This document shows, one piece after another, positions 8,964 through 18,891 of a DNA stretch of 64,000 nt. The number at the start of each line of letters is the position of its first letter. The first letter of the stretch is position 1. The notes beneath the pieces are model-generated. The model saw only the letters and a program-made list of their open reading frames with translations. It was not told where the DNA came from and did not search any database. The position numbers and the translations under genes were made by a program. The DNA is from a virus (taxonomy: Duplodnaviria > Caudoviricetes), in the IMG/VR virus record IMGVR_UViG_2772190661_000001, positions 63,706-127,705 of that record, one strand, 5' to 3'.

Positions 8964-9709
8964 GCGGTCAGCTCCGCGAACAGGTCGCCCTGGGCGAGCC
9001 GTGCCACGATCGCCTCGCAGTAGCGCTCGTCCGCCTCGACCAGCACCGCGCGCCGGCCGAGGAGCCGGGCGGCGACCGCGGTGGAGCCGGACCCGGCGAA
9101 CGGGTCGAGCACCACACCGCCCGGCGGGCACCCGTATTCGATAAGTGGCGCCATGATCGCCGTCGGCTTCTCGGTCGGGTGGATCGCCCGGCCGTGCGCG
9201 GACGCGGCCTGGATGACGGACCGCTGCAGGCGCTGCCCGTCGTCGACGTACGACCCGCCGGAGATCTTCCCGGTGTGCGGTACGGCCGTACGGTTGCGGA
9301 CCGACTTCGCGGGGCCGGGGCGGGCGACGCGCGGCACCTCGTGCCGGATCGCCGACCATGCGCCGCGATACCAGTGCAGGGCGTGCTCGTGGACGCGCCG
9401 GAACCGGTCGGCGGCGAACCCGCTGCCGTTGTGCTTCTCCCAGACGACGTCCTGCGACATGGTCCAGGTGGAGAACTCGAGCGCGCGCTCGAGGAACATC
9501 CGCATGCTGCCGAAGCACCACATCGAGTCCGTGGCCTGTGCGGCGATCGTGGGCCAGCCGTCCGGCCACCGGTCCCAGGCCAGGGTCGTCTCGGCGTACG
9601 GCGGATCGGCCAGCACCAGGTCGACGCGGCCGAGGCCGGGCACGATCTCGCGCATGTCGCCGCAGTACAGCGTCACGGTCGCGTCGGCGTAGAACGGGGT
9701 CGGCGTCAC
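8960..9709 (-). CDS. Orphan N6A/N4C DNA methyltransferase (beta class)
   Basis: Motif IV DPPY precedes HPTEKP and motif I DPFAGSG. Confidence 0.92.
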   Translation of the reverse strand: MTPTPFYADATVTLYCGDMREIVPGLGRVDLVLADPPYAETTLAWDRWPDGWPTIAAQATDSMWCFGSMRMFLERALEFSTWTMSQDVVWEKHNGSGFAADRFRRVHEHALHWYRGAWSAIRHEVPRVARPGPAKSVRNRTAVPHTGKISGGSYVDDGQRLQRSVIQAASAHGRAIHPTEKPTAIMAPLIEYGCPPGGVVLDPFAGSGSTAVAARLLGRRAVLVEADERYCEAIVARLAQGDLFAELTA

Positions 9710-9927
9710 CACGGCATCCCGCCCAGGTCGTCCGGCACGTTGACCGACACGGGCGCGGTGTGGGTCGTCGGGCAGTCGGCGTGCCCGCACGGCGCCGGGA
9801 CCGGCAGGACCAGGCCGGGGTTCTCCGGCCGGGTCGCCGTCCTCGTTCCGTCCGGCGCGGTGGCCAACTGCCAGCCGTGGCGGGCGAAGAAGTCGACGGT
9901 CAGCCACGACATGCACACGGCGGTCAC
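9706..9927 (-). CDS. Phage hypothetical protein
   Basis: Coupled ORF between dnaB and the methyltransferase. Confidence 0.5.
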   Translation of the reverse strand: MTAVCMSWLTVDFFARHGWQLATAPDGTRTATRPENPGLVLPVPAPCGHADCPTTHTAPVSVNVPDDLGGMPW

Positions 9928-11294
9928 GGGAACATCCCCATGTCCGCGAACTGGGCCACGTGCAGCTTCGACGCGACCGTGACGGTCTCCTTCGGCCCGT
10001 TCCGGTTCTTCGCCACGATCAGGTCCGCCTCGCCGGCGCGCGGGGACTCGGCGTCGTAGTAGTCCGGCCGGTGGATCAGGATCACCACGTCGGCTTCCTG
10101 CTCGACCTCGCCCGAGTCGCGCATGTCCGAGAGCTGCGGGATCTTGTCCGTCCGGGACTCGGAGCCGCGGTTGAGCTGCGACGGCACGATCATCGGCACC
10201 TCCAGCTCCTGGCCGAGGGTCTTCAGCTCCTTCGCGTGGGTGCCGACCTCCAAGTCCTTGCGGTCGAACTTCCGGGTCGGGACGAACCGCTGCAGGTAGT
10301 CGGCATAGACGAGGCCGAGGGCGCCGTGCCGCTGCCGGAACCGGCGGGTCTCGGTCCGGATCCCGGCGACGGTGTTCGTGCGGTCGTCGATGTGCAGCGG
10401 CCACTTCGCGATCATCTGGCTGGCGGCGCGGGCCTTCGCCATCTGGTCGGAGTTCAGGTGCCCGGACGTGAACGCGGACAGGTTGATCCCGGCGACCGAC
10501 GACAGCAGCCGCCAGGTCAGCTCCCGCCGGGACATCTCCAGCGTGAACACGATCGCCGGGTGTCCGGCCCGTGCCGCGGCGACCGCGAACTGCAGCCCGA
10601 GGGTCGACTTCCCGGAGCCGGGCCTGCCGGCCGGGATGATGAGCTGGCCGGGCAGGAACCCTCCGAGGAGGTCGTCGAGGGCAGCGAGGCCGCTCGACAG
10701 GCCGCGCGGGATCTCACCCGCGATGATCCGCTCCAGGTGCGCGAGCTCGTCGTCGCCGAACTCCGAGAATGCGGCGAGGCTGCCCGAGGTCCGTTCGACG
10801 GTCGCCTCATGTACGGCGCGCTGCGCGTCGTCGATGACCTCGCTGGTCGGGGTTTGCAGCGACTGCGACACCTGGACGATCCGCAGGCCGGCCTCGTAGA
10901 GCTGGCGGCGCTGGGCCCAGTCGAGAACGATGCCAGCGTGGTAACCGGCCGTCCCGGATGTTGTCGCACGGGCGAGGAGGGTGTGCAGGTACGGGCCGCC
11001 GCCGATCCGCTTCAGGTCGCCGGACTCGTCCAGGGCGCGGGCGACGGCAACCGCGTCGGTGGGCTCGCCGGACGCCCACAGGCCGGTGATCGCGCCGAAG
11101 ATCCGGCCGTGCTTCGGGCTGTTGAAATGGCCGGCCTGGAGGATGTCGACGACATCATCAACGATGCGGGGCAGCCCCATCATCATGCCGAGAACGACCT
11201 GCTCGGCGGCCGGGTCGGCGAGCCCGCTCTCCGCGTAGCCGGGGTCGGCGAGCTCGACGGCGTGCAGGTGCCGGGTCTCGGTGGCGGTGCTCAT
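9924..11294 (-). CDS. dnaB: Phage replicative DNA helicase (DnaB family)
   Basis: AEQVVLG N-domain, GRPGSGKS Walker A, DYLQ, SQLNR, DSGEVEQEAD, KNRNG. Confidence 0.96.
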   Translation of the reverse strand: MSTATETRHLHAVELADPGYAESGLADPAAEQVVLGMMMGLPRIVDDVVDILQAGHFNSPKHGRIFGAITGLWASGEPTDAVAVARALDESGDLKRIGGGPYLHTLLARATTSGTAGYHAGIVLDWAQRRQLYEAGLRIVQVSQSLQTPTSEVIDDAQRAVHEATVERTSGSLAAFSEFGDDELAHLERIIAGEIPRGLSSGLAALDDLLGGFLPGQLIIPAGRPGSGKSTLGLQFAVAAARAGHPAIVFTLEMSRRELTWRLLSSVAGINLSAFTSGHLNSDQMAKARAASQMIAKWPLHIDDRTNTVAGIRTETRRFRQRHGALGLVYADYLQRFVPTRKFDRKDLEVGTHAKELKTLGQELEVPMIVPSQLNRGSESRTDKIPQLSDMRDSGEVEQEADVVILIHRPDYYDAESPRAGEADLIVAKNRNGPKETVTVASKLHVAQFADMGMFP

Positions 11295-11332
11295 CTACTG
11301 ACCTCCGGGAGTCGGGATGCAGGTGTGGGCCG

Positions 11333-12355
11333 TCATGCGGACTGCCGCCCGCCAGAGGAAAGCCGGTCGGCGCGGCACGGGCCGCAGGTCGCTGCGTTGA
11401 ACGTGGGGTGTTCGGGGCAGCGTTCGTTCGGCGGAACGCGGCGCGGGATCGGGCTGACGGGGGCGACGGTGGGCCGGTAGTCGTCCAGCCACCGGCTCTC
11501 GTTCAGCCACGTCGCCCCGTGGGCGATCGCGCGGGGCGGGGTGGCCTCGGCGCGGAGGTGCGCCACGTACCTGGCGAGCCCATCCGTCAGCACCTCGGCC
11601 GACACCTTCTTGCGTGCCCCGGTCCACGCCTTGCGTGCCGGCTGGCGGGCAACCTTCTTGGGGTAGCCGGACCACCAGGCGTCAAACTCGGCGTCCGCTC
11701 GCGCCAAGGCAGCCGCCTCGGCTGCGGCCTTGGCGGCCTTCGTCTGGGCGATCGACTGCTCGTGCAGCACCGCCATGCCGTCGAACCCGTCGAAGAGGTC
11801 ATCAGCAGGCGGTCGCCGCGCAGCGGTGACCATGTGCTCTTGACCTTCGGGGTTGGGAGTGGGAGTGGGATCCCGGCGCGCAGGCGTGCGCGAGCCATCG
11901 TTTGCTACGGCGTTGCTATCAACGTCATGGCAAGCCGATGGCAAATTGCCATCCTCAGCGATCTCCTGAGCGCTAGCCTCGGCCTCACGCTTCGCTGCCC
12001 ACCGCTTCTCTGCGCCGCGCTTGCCAGCCTCTGACCGGGCCTCTCGGGTCTTCTCCGTCGGCAGGTAGTCGCCAAAGTCGTGGAAGAACCAGCCGTCGTC
12101 GGCCGGGCTTACATCCCACAGCCCGTGCTGCACGAGCAGCTTCACGCCGACGCCGGCCTCCGACCCGAAGTAGCGGCGCGGGAGGCCTGAGGGCACGAAC
12201 CCGGGCGCACCCTTGCCCTTACGGCGGTTCCTGTTGACGTAGGCGAAGCACAGCGCCCACAGCCCGATGGCGGTCGCGGCGCCCTCCATCTCGTCGAGGA
12301 TCGCGAGCACCTTGGGGTGGTCGTCGAAGTTGTCGTCCATCCGGCCCCAGCCCAT
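11333..12355 (-). CDS. Phage replication initiator / replisome organizer
   Basis: N-terminal WGRMDDNFDDHPKV wHTH; C-terminal FDAWWSGYPKK...ATWLNESRW; directly upstream of dnaB. Confidence 0.8.
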   Translation of the reverse strand: MGWGRMDDNFDDHPKVLAILDEMEGAATAIGLWALCFAYVNRNRRKGKGAPGFVPSGLPRRYFGSEAGVGVKLLVQHGLWDVSPADDGWFFHDFGDYLPTEKTREARSEAGKRGAEKRWAAKREAEASAQEIAEDGNLPSACHDVDSNAVANDGSRTPARRDPTPTPNPEGQEHMVTAARRPPADDLFDGFDGMAVLHEQSIAQTKAAKAAAEAAALARADAEFDAWWSGYPKKVARQPARKAWTGARKKVSAEVLTDGLARYVAHLRAEATPPRAIAHGATWLNESRWLDDYRPTVAPVSPIPRRVPPNERCPEHPTFNAATCGPCRADRLSSGGRQSA

Positions 12356-13443
12356 CAGAGCAGCACGTCCTCAAGCAGGTAGGTGAGGCGGAACTTGATC
12401 GGCTTGCCGTGCCGGTCCGGCCACTCGGAAACCCCGGTACGGCGGGCGGCGCGCACGATGTCGATGAGGTGGTCGTCGCACCACAGGTCGTGACCTCCGC
12501 ACACGTCCTCACACTCCGTGCATTCGTCGAGGTGGACCGGGGTCATCGGCCGGAACGGGCAGAACTGCTGGTCCTCGTAGCGGCTGTTGCAGGCGCCGTC
12601 CGGCAGCTCGTCGGCTTCCTTGAAGGCGCGGGCGTATCTGGCGGCGATGCCGTCGATCTGCACGCTGGAACTGTGCGGGTTCATGTCCCGGGCGAGGCAG
12701 GTCCAGCACTCCCGCTCCCGCTCGGGAAGGGCCGTCAGGTACCGCACGTTCAGGAGGCGCGTGTACTCCTCAATCGCGGACCTGAACCGGCTCTCCGGCG
12801 GCAGGTCCGGCACCTCGAACTCGGACTGCTCGTCGGCCCAGTCGAGACAGATCTTTGCGTCCCTGCGCGGGATCGATTCGAGGAGTTCCCGGATGACGCG
12901 GTCCGCGTGCCCGAGCTGCATCTGCAGGCGCATAACCGCCCCGTACGCCCACGACGCGGCGCCGCCGGCCATCTCGGACTGGTAGAAGGCCAGCACCCTG
13001 CTGGCGCCGCTGGAGGACGGCGGTTCCAGCAGGTGCAGGATCTCCTCGGCGAGCGCCTCGCGGGCGTCTGCGGCGGCGGGCCCTTCGACTGTGCGGCGGG
13101 TCTCGGCGGGCAGGTCGTGCCAGTTCAGCCGTAGCCACTCCTCGTCGACAGTGAGGCCGGGGATGGTCGTCATCTCGTTGTGCTGGTCGTTGTAGAGCGG
13201 CTTCTCCGTCTGGATGGCGGCCTTCTCCGCGGTGAGCGCGTCGGCGCGGTTGGAGTAGTGCTCCCTGCGGATGTCAACGACCTGGTCAAACCAGGGCTTG
13301 TCGCGGGCGTGCTTGGCGATGCGGGCGCCGAAGTTCGCGGTGATGCCGACGTAGAGGAGCACGTCGGCTCTGTCGAAGAACCGGTAGAGCACGTGGGGCC
13401 GGTCTGCGAGGTCGAGCAGTGCGGCGCTGACCCGTACGGTCAT
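12355..13443 (-). CDS. GIY-YIG nuclease family protein
   Basis: VLYRFF...LLYVGIT...RIAKH...AE.AAI..EKPLYN. Confidence 0.85.
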   Translation of the reverse strand: MTVRVSAALLDLADRPHVLYRFFDRADVLLYVGITANFGARIAKHARDKPWFDQVVDIRREHYSNRADALTAEKAAIQTEKPLYNDQHNEMTTIPGLTVDEEWLRLNWHDLPAETRRTVEGPAAADAREALAEEILHLLEPPSSSGASRVLAFYQSEMAGGAASWAYGAVMRLQMQLGHADRVIRELLESIPRRDAKICLDWADEQSEFEVPDLPPESRFRSAIEEYTRLLNVRYLTALPERERECWTCLARDMNPHSSSVQIDGIAARYARAFKEADELPDGACNSRYEDQQFCPFRPMTPVHLDECTECEDVCGGHDLWCDDHLIDIVRAARRTGVSEWPDRHGKPIKFRLTYLLEDVLL

Positions 13444-13529
13444 CGGTTCCTCCTTCTATGTGGCGGTGCTGGTGCTGGAGCAGGTGGTGCGCCCGGCCGG
13501 GTGAGGTCCGGCCGGGCAGGGCGGGTCAG

Positions 13530-13946
13530 CTAGAACGGGTTCTCGCCGGGCGCGAGCGGCGCCGCGGGCGGGTCGTCCCACCGGTCGTCGTCGTGGTGGA
13601 TCGGGCAGCCTTCAACGGGTTCGCGTTCGGCGCCGTCGTCTTCGCCGACCGGGTAGTGGTGGCAGGCGCACCACCGGTAGGCGTCGGCGACGGCCACGAC
13701 CCGCCAGTCCCCGCCGCGCGTGTGGACGATCCAGTCGCCGAACTCGGCCTTGACCCGCCCGGCCGCCGTGTAGACGTTCAGGCCGGTGATGTGCAGGCCG
13801 CCGCCGGCCGCGGGGTCGTAGTGCGGTTTGGAGTCGGCCCATTCCCAGACGGCGGCGCCGTTCTCGCGGGTGAGCTGGACGGCCTCGCCGTCGGGTGTCT
13901 GCGTGGGCATCATGGTGGTCTTGTCCATGCCGGTACCGCCGTTCAC
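13530..13946 (-). CDS. Phage hypothetical protein
   Basis: EAVQLT...TAAGRVKAEFGDWIV motif common in phage proteins. Confidence 0.65.
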   Translation of the reverse strand: MNGGTGMDKTTMMPTQTPDGEAVQLTRENGAAVWEWADSKPHYDPAAGGGLHITGLNVYTAAGRVKAEFGDWIVHTRGGDWRVVAVADAYRWCACHHYPVGEDDGAEREPVEGCPIHHDDDRWDDPPAAPLAPGENPF

Positions 13947-14899
13947 GCGCTCACCGCCTCGGCGACGCGCGGGAACTCGCGGACGCGCAGGTCGGGCGGC
14001 CAGAACTGCCAGTCGCCGCCCTTCTTGTCAACCCTGGAGACGGGCGTGTCCGACGCGGACACCGAGCAGGAGTCGACGACGACCTGCGGCGATCGGGCGG
14101 CCCAGACGGAGCCGAGCTGCTTGACGAACGGGGCGGTCCCGGCGGTACGGCATCGACCGACGAGGTCCCGCACCCAGCTCAGGTCCATCGACCGGGATCG
14201 GGGGCCGCTCTCGCCGCCGGCGATGAGCCAGTCGATGCCGGCCAGGTCGAGCGACGGGAGCGGCCCGAGGAGCGGTTCGGCGGAGATGAACCGGACCGCG
14301 GCGGGCGTGTTGCGGAGTGCGTCGGCGCGGCGTACGTGCTGGTCGGACTCGATCGACGTGCCGATCCACACGTTAGGGAGCGGCCAGACGGTGCGGTGGT
14401 AGATGCCAGACTCCAGGCCGGGCACGTACGTCGGGCTGTGCGGCGTGGCGGCCCACTCCATGTCGGAGCGGAAGTGAACGCCCGGGGCGTGCCCGGACCC
14501 GCAGTCGCACAGGTCGGTGAGCATTCTGGCGGCGCGCTCGGGCCGCTTCGTGAGGATCTGGTAGGTCAGGTGCGGGGTGGACGCCATGACGGCAAAGACC
14601 CGGACGACGAACTCGCGCGGCACCCTCGCGTGGAAGAGGTCGCTCATGGAGTTGACGAAGATCATGCCCGGCTTGCGCCAGCGGAGCGGTTCGGTGAGCG
14701 CATCCGGGTGGACGGTGACGCCGAACCCGGGCCCGCTGGTGCGCGGGTCGCCGTCGTTCTGGTACTTCGCGGAACCCATGCCCTTGAGGCGCTTCGCCAT
14801 GGTCAGCGCGTAGCAGTTGTCGCAGCCGGCGGTGATGCGGTCGCAGCCGGTGGTGGCGTTCCAAACGCGCTCGGTCCACTCGATCGAAGTCTCAGCCAC
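13943..14899 (-). CDS. DUF5131 (phage Gp37/Gp68) three-Cys-motif protein
   Basis: IEWT..WN..TGC...GCDNCYA, FVNSMSDLFH, LTKRP, RFISAEPLL, GGESG. Confidence 0.93.
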   Translation of the reverse strand: MAETSIEWTERVWNATTGCDRITAGCDNCYALTMAKRLKGMGSAKYQNDGDPRTSGPGFGVTVHPDALTEPLRWRKPGMIFVNSMSDLFHARVPREFVVRVFAVMASTPHLTYQILTKRPERAARMLTDLCDCGSGHAPGVHFRSDMEWAATPHSPTYVPGLESGIYHRTVWPLPNVWIGTSIESDQHVRRADALRNTPAAVRFISAEPLLGPLPSLDLAGIDWLIAGGESGPRSRSMDLSWVRDLVGRCRTAGTAPFVKQLGSVWAARSPQVVVDSCSVSASDTPVSRVDKKGGDWQFWPPDLRVREFPRVAEAVSA

Positions 14900-15401
14900 G
14901 GGCGTTCTCCTCGCTGGTCGCGGACACGGTGGCGGTGCTGTTGGTGGCGCGCGGCCAGTCGCGGACGGCGGCGTCGAGCTTGGCGAGGGCCAGCTCGGCG
15001 GTCCGGTCGACGGGCCGGATCGCCTCCCGCTGCATCGCCTGCACGACCTGGTCGGCGGCCCGGCAGATGGGCTGCATGTCGATGACCTCGGAGCGCACCT
15101 GGTCGGCGTCGTCCATGAGCCAGCGCAGCAGCTCGCCGAGGTCCGGCATGATGTGGGCGCGGGCGGTCGGGTCTTCGGCGCGCCAGCGTGCGTCCGCTTC
15201 CCTCGTCCGGGTCCACTGGAGCTCGAACAGCGCGCGCAGGTCGCCGGCCTCGGCGTCGAGCCGCTCGATCTCGCGGACCAGGTCGAGGATGACGGTGCGC
15301 GGGTCGCCCTGAACGCAGGTACACGCGCCGGGCAGGCTGGCGTCGCACGGCCCGCACTGGCCGAGCCAGGTGTTGCGGATGGCGTCCAGGTCGACGGTCA
15401 T
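14892..15401 (-). CDS. Phage hypothetical protein
   Basis: Coupled ORF MTVDLDAIR... Confidence 0.6.
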   Translation of the reverse strand: MTVDLDAIRNTWLGQCGPCDASLPGACTCVQGDPRTVILDLVREIERLDAEAGDLRALFELQWTRTREADARWRAEDPTARAHIMPDLGELLRWLMDDADQVRSEVIDMQPICRAADQVVQAMQREAIRPVDRTAELALAKLDAAVRDWPRATNSTATVSATSEENARG

Positions 15402-15589
15402 CGGATGGGCTCCGTTCGGTGGGCGGCGCGCACGTCGGCCAGGCTGTCGCCGCGGCGGAGGAACTCGTCGACGTCGGCGTAGAACCACGGGACGTGCCGG
15501 TGGTTGGTGATCAGGTCGTCTTGGCGGAGGACGGCCCGCCGGTAGCGGCGGTTCTTCGCGGCCCAGGACCGGTTGACGCGGCGGCTCAT
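15398..15589 (-). CDS. Phage hypothetical protein
   Basis: Coupled short ORF. Confidence 0.5.
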   Translation of the reverse strand: MSRRVNRSWAAKNRRYRRAVLRQDDLITNHRHVPWFYADVDEFLRRGDSLADVRAAHRTEPIR

Positions 15590-15780
15590 CGGCCGTCCTC
15601 CGCCTGGTGCGGGTACTCGTCGTACGCCTGGATGAGCGCGTCAGCGGCGTCGTAACCGGGGTCGCCGCCGCCGTGCCGCCAGGTGGCGACGTGTTCGATC
15701 AGCGCGCGGGCGGCTGTGACCTCGGTCCGCCGGATCCGGCCGACGGCGATGAGGCGCTCGCACTCGTTCAGGGACTTCAC
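15586..15780 (-). CDS. Phage hypothetical protein
   Basis: Coupled short ORF with GTG start. Confidence 0.5.
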   Translation of the reverse strand: MKSLNECERLIAVGRIRRTEVTAARALIEHVATWRHGGGDPGYDAADALIQAYDEYPHQAEDGR

Positions 15781-16322
15781 GCCGCCACCTCGAGGTGGCG
15801 GCGTCCCGCGTGCACGCGAATGTCGAGCCGGCCGCCGATGGCGCGCGCGGTCCGCTGGTAGATCGCGAGCCGCATCTGGGCCGGGTCGAAGTTTTCGTTC
15901 TGGACGACCGCCGACGCGGACACCCCGATCCGGGCGCCGACGTCCTCGGCGCGCAGCCCGGCCTGTACGCGGGCCAGGCGGAGTTCGGCGGCGAGGAGCT
16001 TGAGCCGGATCCGGTCCGCGTGCCCGGGGGTGATCGGGGTGAGCTTCCGGAGCCCGTTCATGTACGCGTCGTCGGGCACGGCGGGCAGGCCGCGCAGCCG
16101 CAGGCCGACCGTGGCGTCCAGGGCCCTCGCCCACGCCAGGTACAGGCCTGCTCGGCTGCTGGTGCGGCGTTCCATCGTCCACACGCATCGGGCGCTGATG
16201 TGAAGCCGGCTGCCGAGCTGCCTGGTCGTCAGCCCGGCGTCGAGGCGTCGAGAGACGAGTGCGTCGCGGAGCCGGAGGCGGGCTTCCAGATCGTCGGGGT
16301 GGAGGTCGATTCCGGTGGTCAC
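15777..16322 (-). CDS. Tandem XRE-type HTH regulator
   Basis: Two HTH modules: RRLDAGLTTRQLG.. and ARVQAGLRAEDVGARIGVS. Confidence 0.75.
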   Translation of the reverse strand: MTTGIDLHPDDLEARLRLRDALVSRRLDAGLTTRQLGSRLHISARCVWTMERRTSSRAGLYLAWARALDATVGLRLRGLPAVPDDAYMNGLRKLTPITPGHADRIRLKLLAAELRLARVQAGLRAEDVGARIGVSASAVVQNENFDPAQMRLAIYQRTARAIGGRLDIRVHAGRRHLEVAA

Positions 16323-16438
16323 GGCCACCACCGCCGGGACGCAGCCAGCGCGACCATTGCGACGACGCCGGCGGTGAGAAGGGTCGGGGCGATCCATGCA
16401 GGCGCGGCTGCGGCGCCGAGCATCAGGTCGGTGATCAC
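16319..16438 (-). CDS. 39-aa single-TM peptide
   Basis: GTGA-coupled at both ends; MITDLMLGAAAAPAWIAPTLLTAGVVAMVALAASRRWWP; not in the ORF track. Confidence 0.5.
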   Translation of the reverse strand: MITDLMLGAAAAPAWIAPTLLTAGVVAMVALAASRRWWP

Positions 16439-16788
16439 AACTCACCGCCCGCGAGGATCCGGACGGCCAGCTCGAGCGCGTCCGCTTCACGGTCGGCGTG
16501 CTGCCCGACCGCGCTGGCCGGGTCGAGGTTGTCGGCGTACCGGCGCCGCGCGGCCGCCGCAAGCTGCAGCTGCCGCCTCCCCCAGATCGCGACCGCGTGC
16601 GCACGGTTCACGGCGCCGAGCCGGCCGAACGCCACCCGGCTGTAGTTCTTGACCGTGCCCTCGGACAGGTGAAGCCGCCGTCCGATCTCCGCGTTGTCGC
16701 AGCCGTCCGCGATTAGGACGAGGATCTCGTGCTGGCGGGAGGTGAGCACGCCGGACGTGGACCCGCTCACCGTCGTCGTGGTGGCCAT
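16435..16788 (-). CDS. Stand-alone LuxR-type HTH regulator
   Basis: LTSRQHEILVLIADGCDNAEIGRRLHLSEGTVKNY. Confidence 0.88.
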   Translation of the reverse strand: MATTTTVSGSTSGVLTSRQHEILVLIADGCDNAEIGRRLHLSEGTVKNYSRVAFGRLGAVNRAHAVAIWGRRQLQLAAAARRRYADNLDPASAVGQHADREADALELAVRILAGGEL

Positions 16789-17600
16789 CAGGCGGCCACC
16801 GCCTCGAAGTTGGTGAGGCAGCCGCAGCCACCCCAGTCCAGTTCGTCAAACAGGTCGCCCTGCTGCGCCAGCGCGGCGTCCTGCGCCTCGACCCGGGACC
16901 GGAAGAGACGAAGCGGCAGCGGCCGTGACTCGCCGCCCGAACGGTCCTTCAGAATCGACACGTCGGTGCCAAGTTCCGCCCGCATCTCCTCCTCGTGGGC
17001 TTCCTTTGCCGCGAAACGGTCGGGAAAGGTGCGCAATAGGTGCGCCCACTGGGCCTGTCCGCCCCGTACGCACGCCCCGCCGCAGTTGTTGTGCGGGAAG
17101 CCGATCCGGTTCAGCAGCGGCGGTTCGATATCGCGCCGCCGCAGTTGGTCCTCGATCTGCCGCTTGTCGACGTACGGCGGCTCACACATCGGGGTCTGGA
17201 CCGTCCACGGCTTCCACCCGGCGGCGATACCAGGAATGCGGTGCATCTCGGTCCAGTCGATGCCGACGTAGAGGACGGTGCTGGCCGGGTCGCAGTTCGC
17301 CTCCAGCCACCTACGACACGGCTTGATCTTCAATTCGAGGGAGCACTGCGCAACCCGAGAGTTCGACAGCCACCGGCGGTCGACGTCGACCCGCTCAGGA
17401 GTACGTCCGTCGCAGACACGGGTGACCGGCACGCCGATGTCGGCGGCAGCCTGGTCAAGGAACCGGTACAGGTCGGTGTCCTCGGCGAGGGTGTCGGCGA
17501 ACAGGAGCGTCAGATCGGCGGTGCCGTACCGGTCGGCGACCCTGCGGGCGGTCGCCCAGCTGCCCATGCCGCCCGACATCTGCACGACGTGCCGCGTCAC
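16788..17600 (-). CDS. PAPS-reductase-like / PP-loop phage protein
   Basis: SGGMGS PP-loop, FADT, CSLELK, HNNCGGAC, terminal GGCGC. Confidence 0.8.
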   Translation of the reverse strand: MTRHVVQMSGGMGSWATARRVADRYGTADLTLLFADTLAEDTDLYRFLDQAAADIGVPVTRVCDGRTPERVDVDRRWLSNSRVAQCSLELKIKPCRRWLEANCDPASTVLYVGIDWTEMHRIPGIAAGWKPWTVQTPMCEPPYVDKRQIEDQLRRRDIEPPLLNRIGFPHNNCGGACVRGGQAQWAHLLRTFPDRFAAKEAHEEEMRAELGTDVSILKDRSGGESRPLPLRLFRSRVEAQDAALAQQGDLFDELDWGGCGCLTNFEAVAA

Positions 17601-18421
17601 GCCGCCACCCCTGGGAGCATCGCCGGCGCGAGGTGCGCGTAGCCCGCGTCGAAGACCTGGTCGAACAGGTGCCGGTCACGCTCGTAGTACGCCTTCACGG
17701 ACCGCTCGCGGCCGTTGACCAGCGCCAGGACCTCGCCCGGGTTCTCGCCGTGCTCGAGCACGTACGCACCCTTGAGCTTCTTGCCGAACGTCGACCGGAT
17801 CGATACCAGGTCGGCCTTCGGCACACCGCGGTCGACCAGGTAGCCGTCGACCGTCAGTAGTCGGTCCTCGGGGGCGATGTCGGGCTTCTCGCCGACGACG
17901 AGCGCGTACTCGTGGCGGGCGCGGCCGTCGAGCCACACCGGGTCGGCGATCCCGCCCATGAGCGCGAGCAGTTCCAGCCGACGGCGGGCGCGGTCGGCGC
18001 GCTTCGCCTCGATCTCGTCGGCGAGGTCGGCGAGCTGCTCGTCGCTGGCCGCCTCGTTGATCGCGCCGCCCTTGGTCCAGAACTCGCGCAGAGCCTTCGC
18101 ACTCTTGCTCTGGTACTCGACGAGAAGCGGCTTCACCTCGGCGGCGACGCGGTCCTCGTGGATGTTGGCGAGGAGCATGGCCCAGGCGTCGAGGCCGATG
18201 ACGGCCATGTCCCGGACCTTGCCGTCCTCGGCAACCGTGGGGCACTGGCCCACAGTTGCCCACGACCGGCCGCGAATCTTGCGGAGCTGGGTGGAGTAGT
18301 CGATGCCGATCTCTTCGAGCGTCGGCTTGAGTACGACGTGCGGCTCGCCGTCGAACATGACGCTGTGGATCTGGGCGCCGTGGAATGGGATCAGGACGAT
18401 CTCGGCGGTGGGCGTGGTCAT
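17597..18421 (-). CDS. Phage antirepressor (P22 Ant N-terminal domain)
   Basis: IPFHG...PHVVLKP...IGIDYSTQLRK...TVAEDGKVRDM. Confidence 0.85.
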   Translation of the reverse strand: MTTPTAEIVLIPFHGAQIHSVMFDGEPHVVLKPTLEEIGIDYSTQLRKIRGRSWATVGQCPTVAEDGKVRDMAVIGLDAWAMLLANIHEDRVAAEVKPLLVEYQSKSAKALREFWTKGGAINEAASDEQLADLADEIEAKRADRARRRLELLALMGGIADPVWLDGRARHEYALVVGEKPDIAPEDRLLTVDGYLVDRGVPKADLVSIRSTFGKKLKGAYVLEHGENPGEVLALVNGRERSVKAYYERDRHLFDQVFDAGYAHLAPAMLPGVAA

Positions 18422-18891
18422 GAGGTCTCCTCGGTGAGGTCGCCGGGCTGGCCGGCGGAGCTGGTGTCGGTGGCGCCGAGCTGTGCGAGCACCTGGTGCT
18501 CGATGTCGGCGGGCAGCGTCCACAGGCCGAGCGCGCCGCGGGCGGCGATCGGCTCCGGGAGCGGCCGGGTGTTGGCGATCTGCCAGTGGTGCGCGCCCGG
18601 GCGGGCCCACATGCCGCACCGGCAGACGACGTACCGATCGGCGCGGGACGCCGAGCACACGCCGACGATCTCGGCGACGGCGATGACGTGCCCGACGGGC
18701 ACGCCCGGCGTCAGGTCGTCGCCGAACAGGGCGGAGACGTGCGGGTCGCGGATGCCGTCGCGGTCGATGCGCAGGCTGGCGTGGATCGCGATCAGCCCGC
18801 GGTGGCTGGTGGACCTGCTGCGGTTCTCGATGTTCTTTTCGCCGCGGATGATGCAGTCCGCCCAAGGCTTCTTGACCGTCAGCGCCTTCAC
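18418..18891 (-). CDS. ASCH domain protein
   Basis: MKALTVKKPWA..I..GEKNIENR...IAIHAS...RGALGLW. Confidence 0.9.
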   Translation of the reverse strand: MKALTVKKPWADCIIRGEKNIENRSRSTSHRGLIAIHASLRIDRDGIRDPHVSALFGDDLTPGVPVGHVIAVAEIVGVCSASRADRYVVCRCGMWARPGAHHWQIANTRPLPEPIAARGALGLWTLPADIEHQVLAQLGATDTSSAGQPGDLTEETS

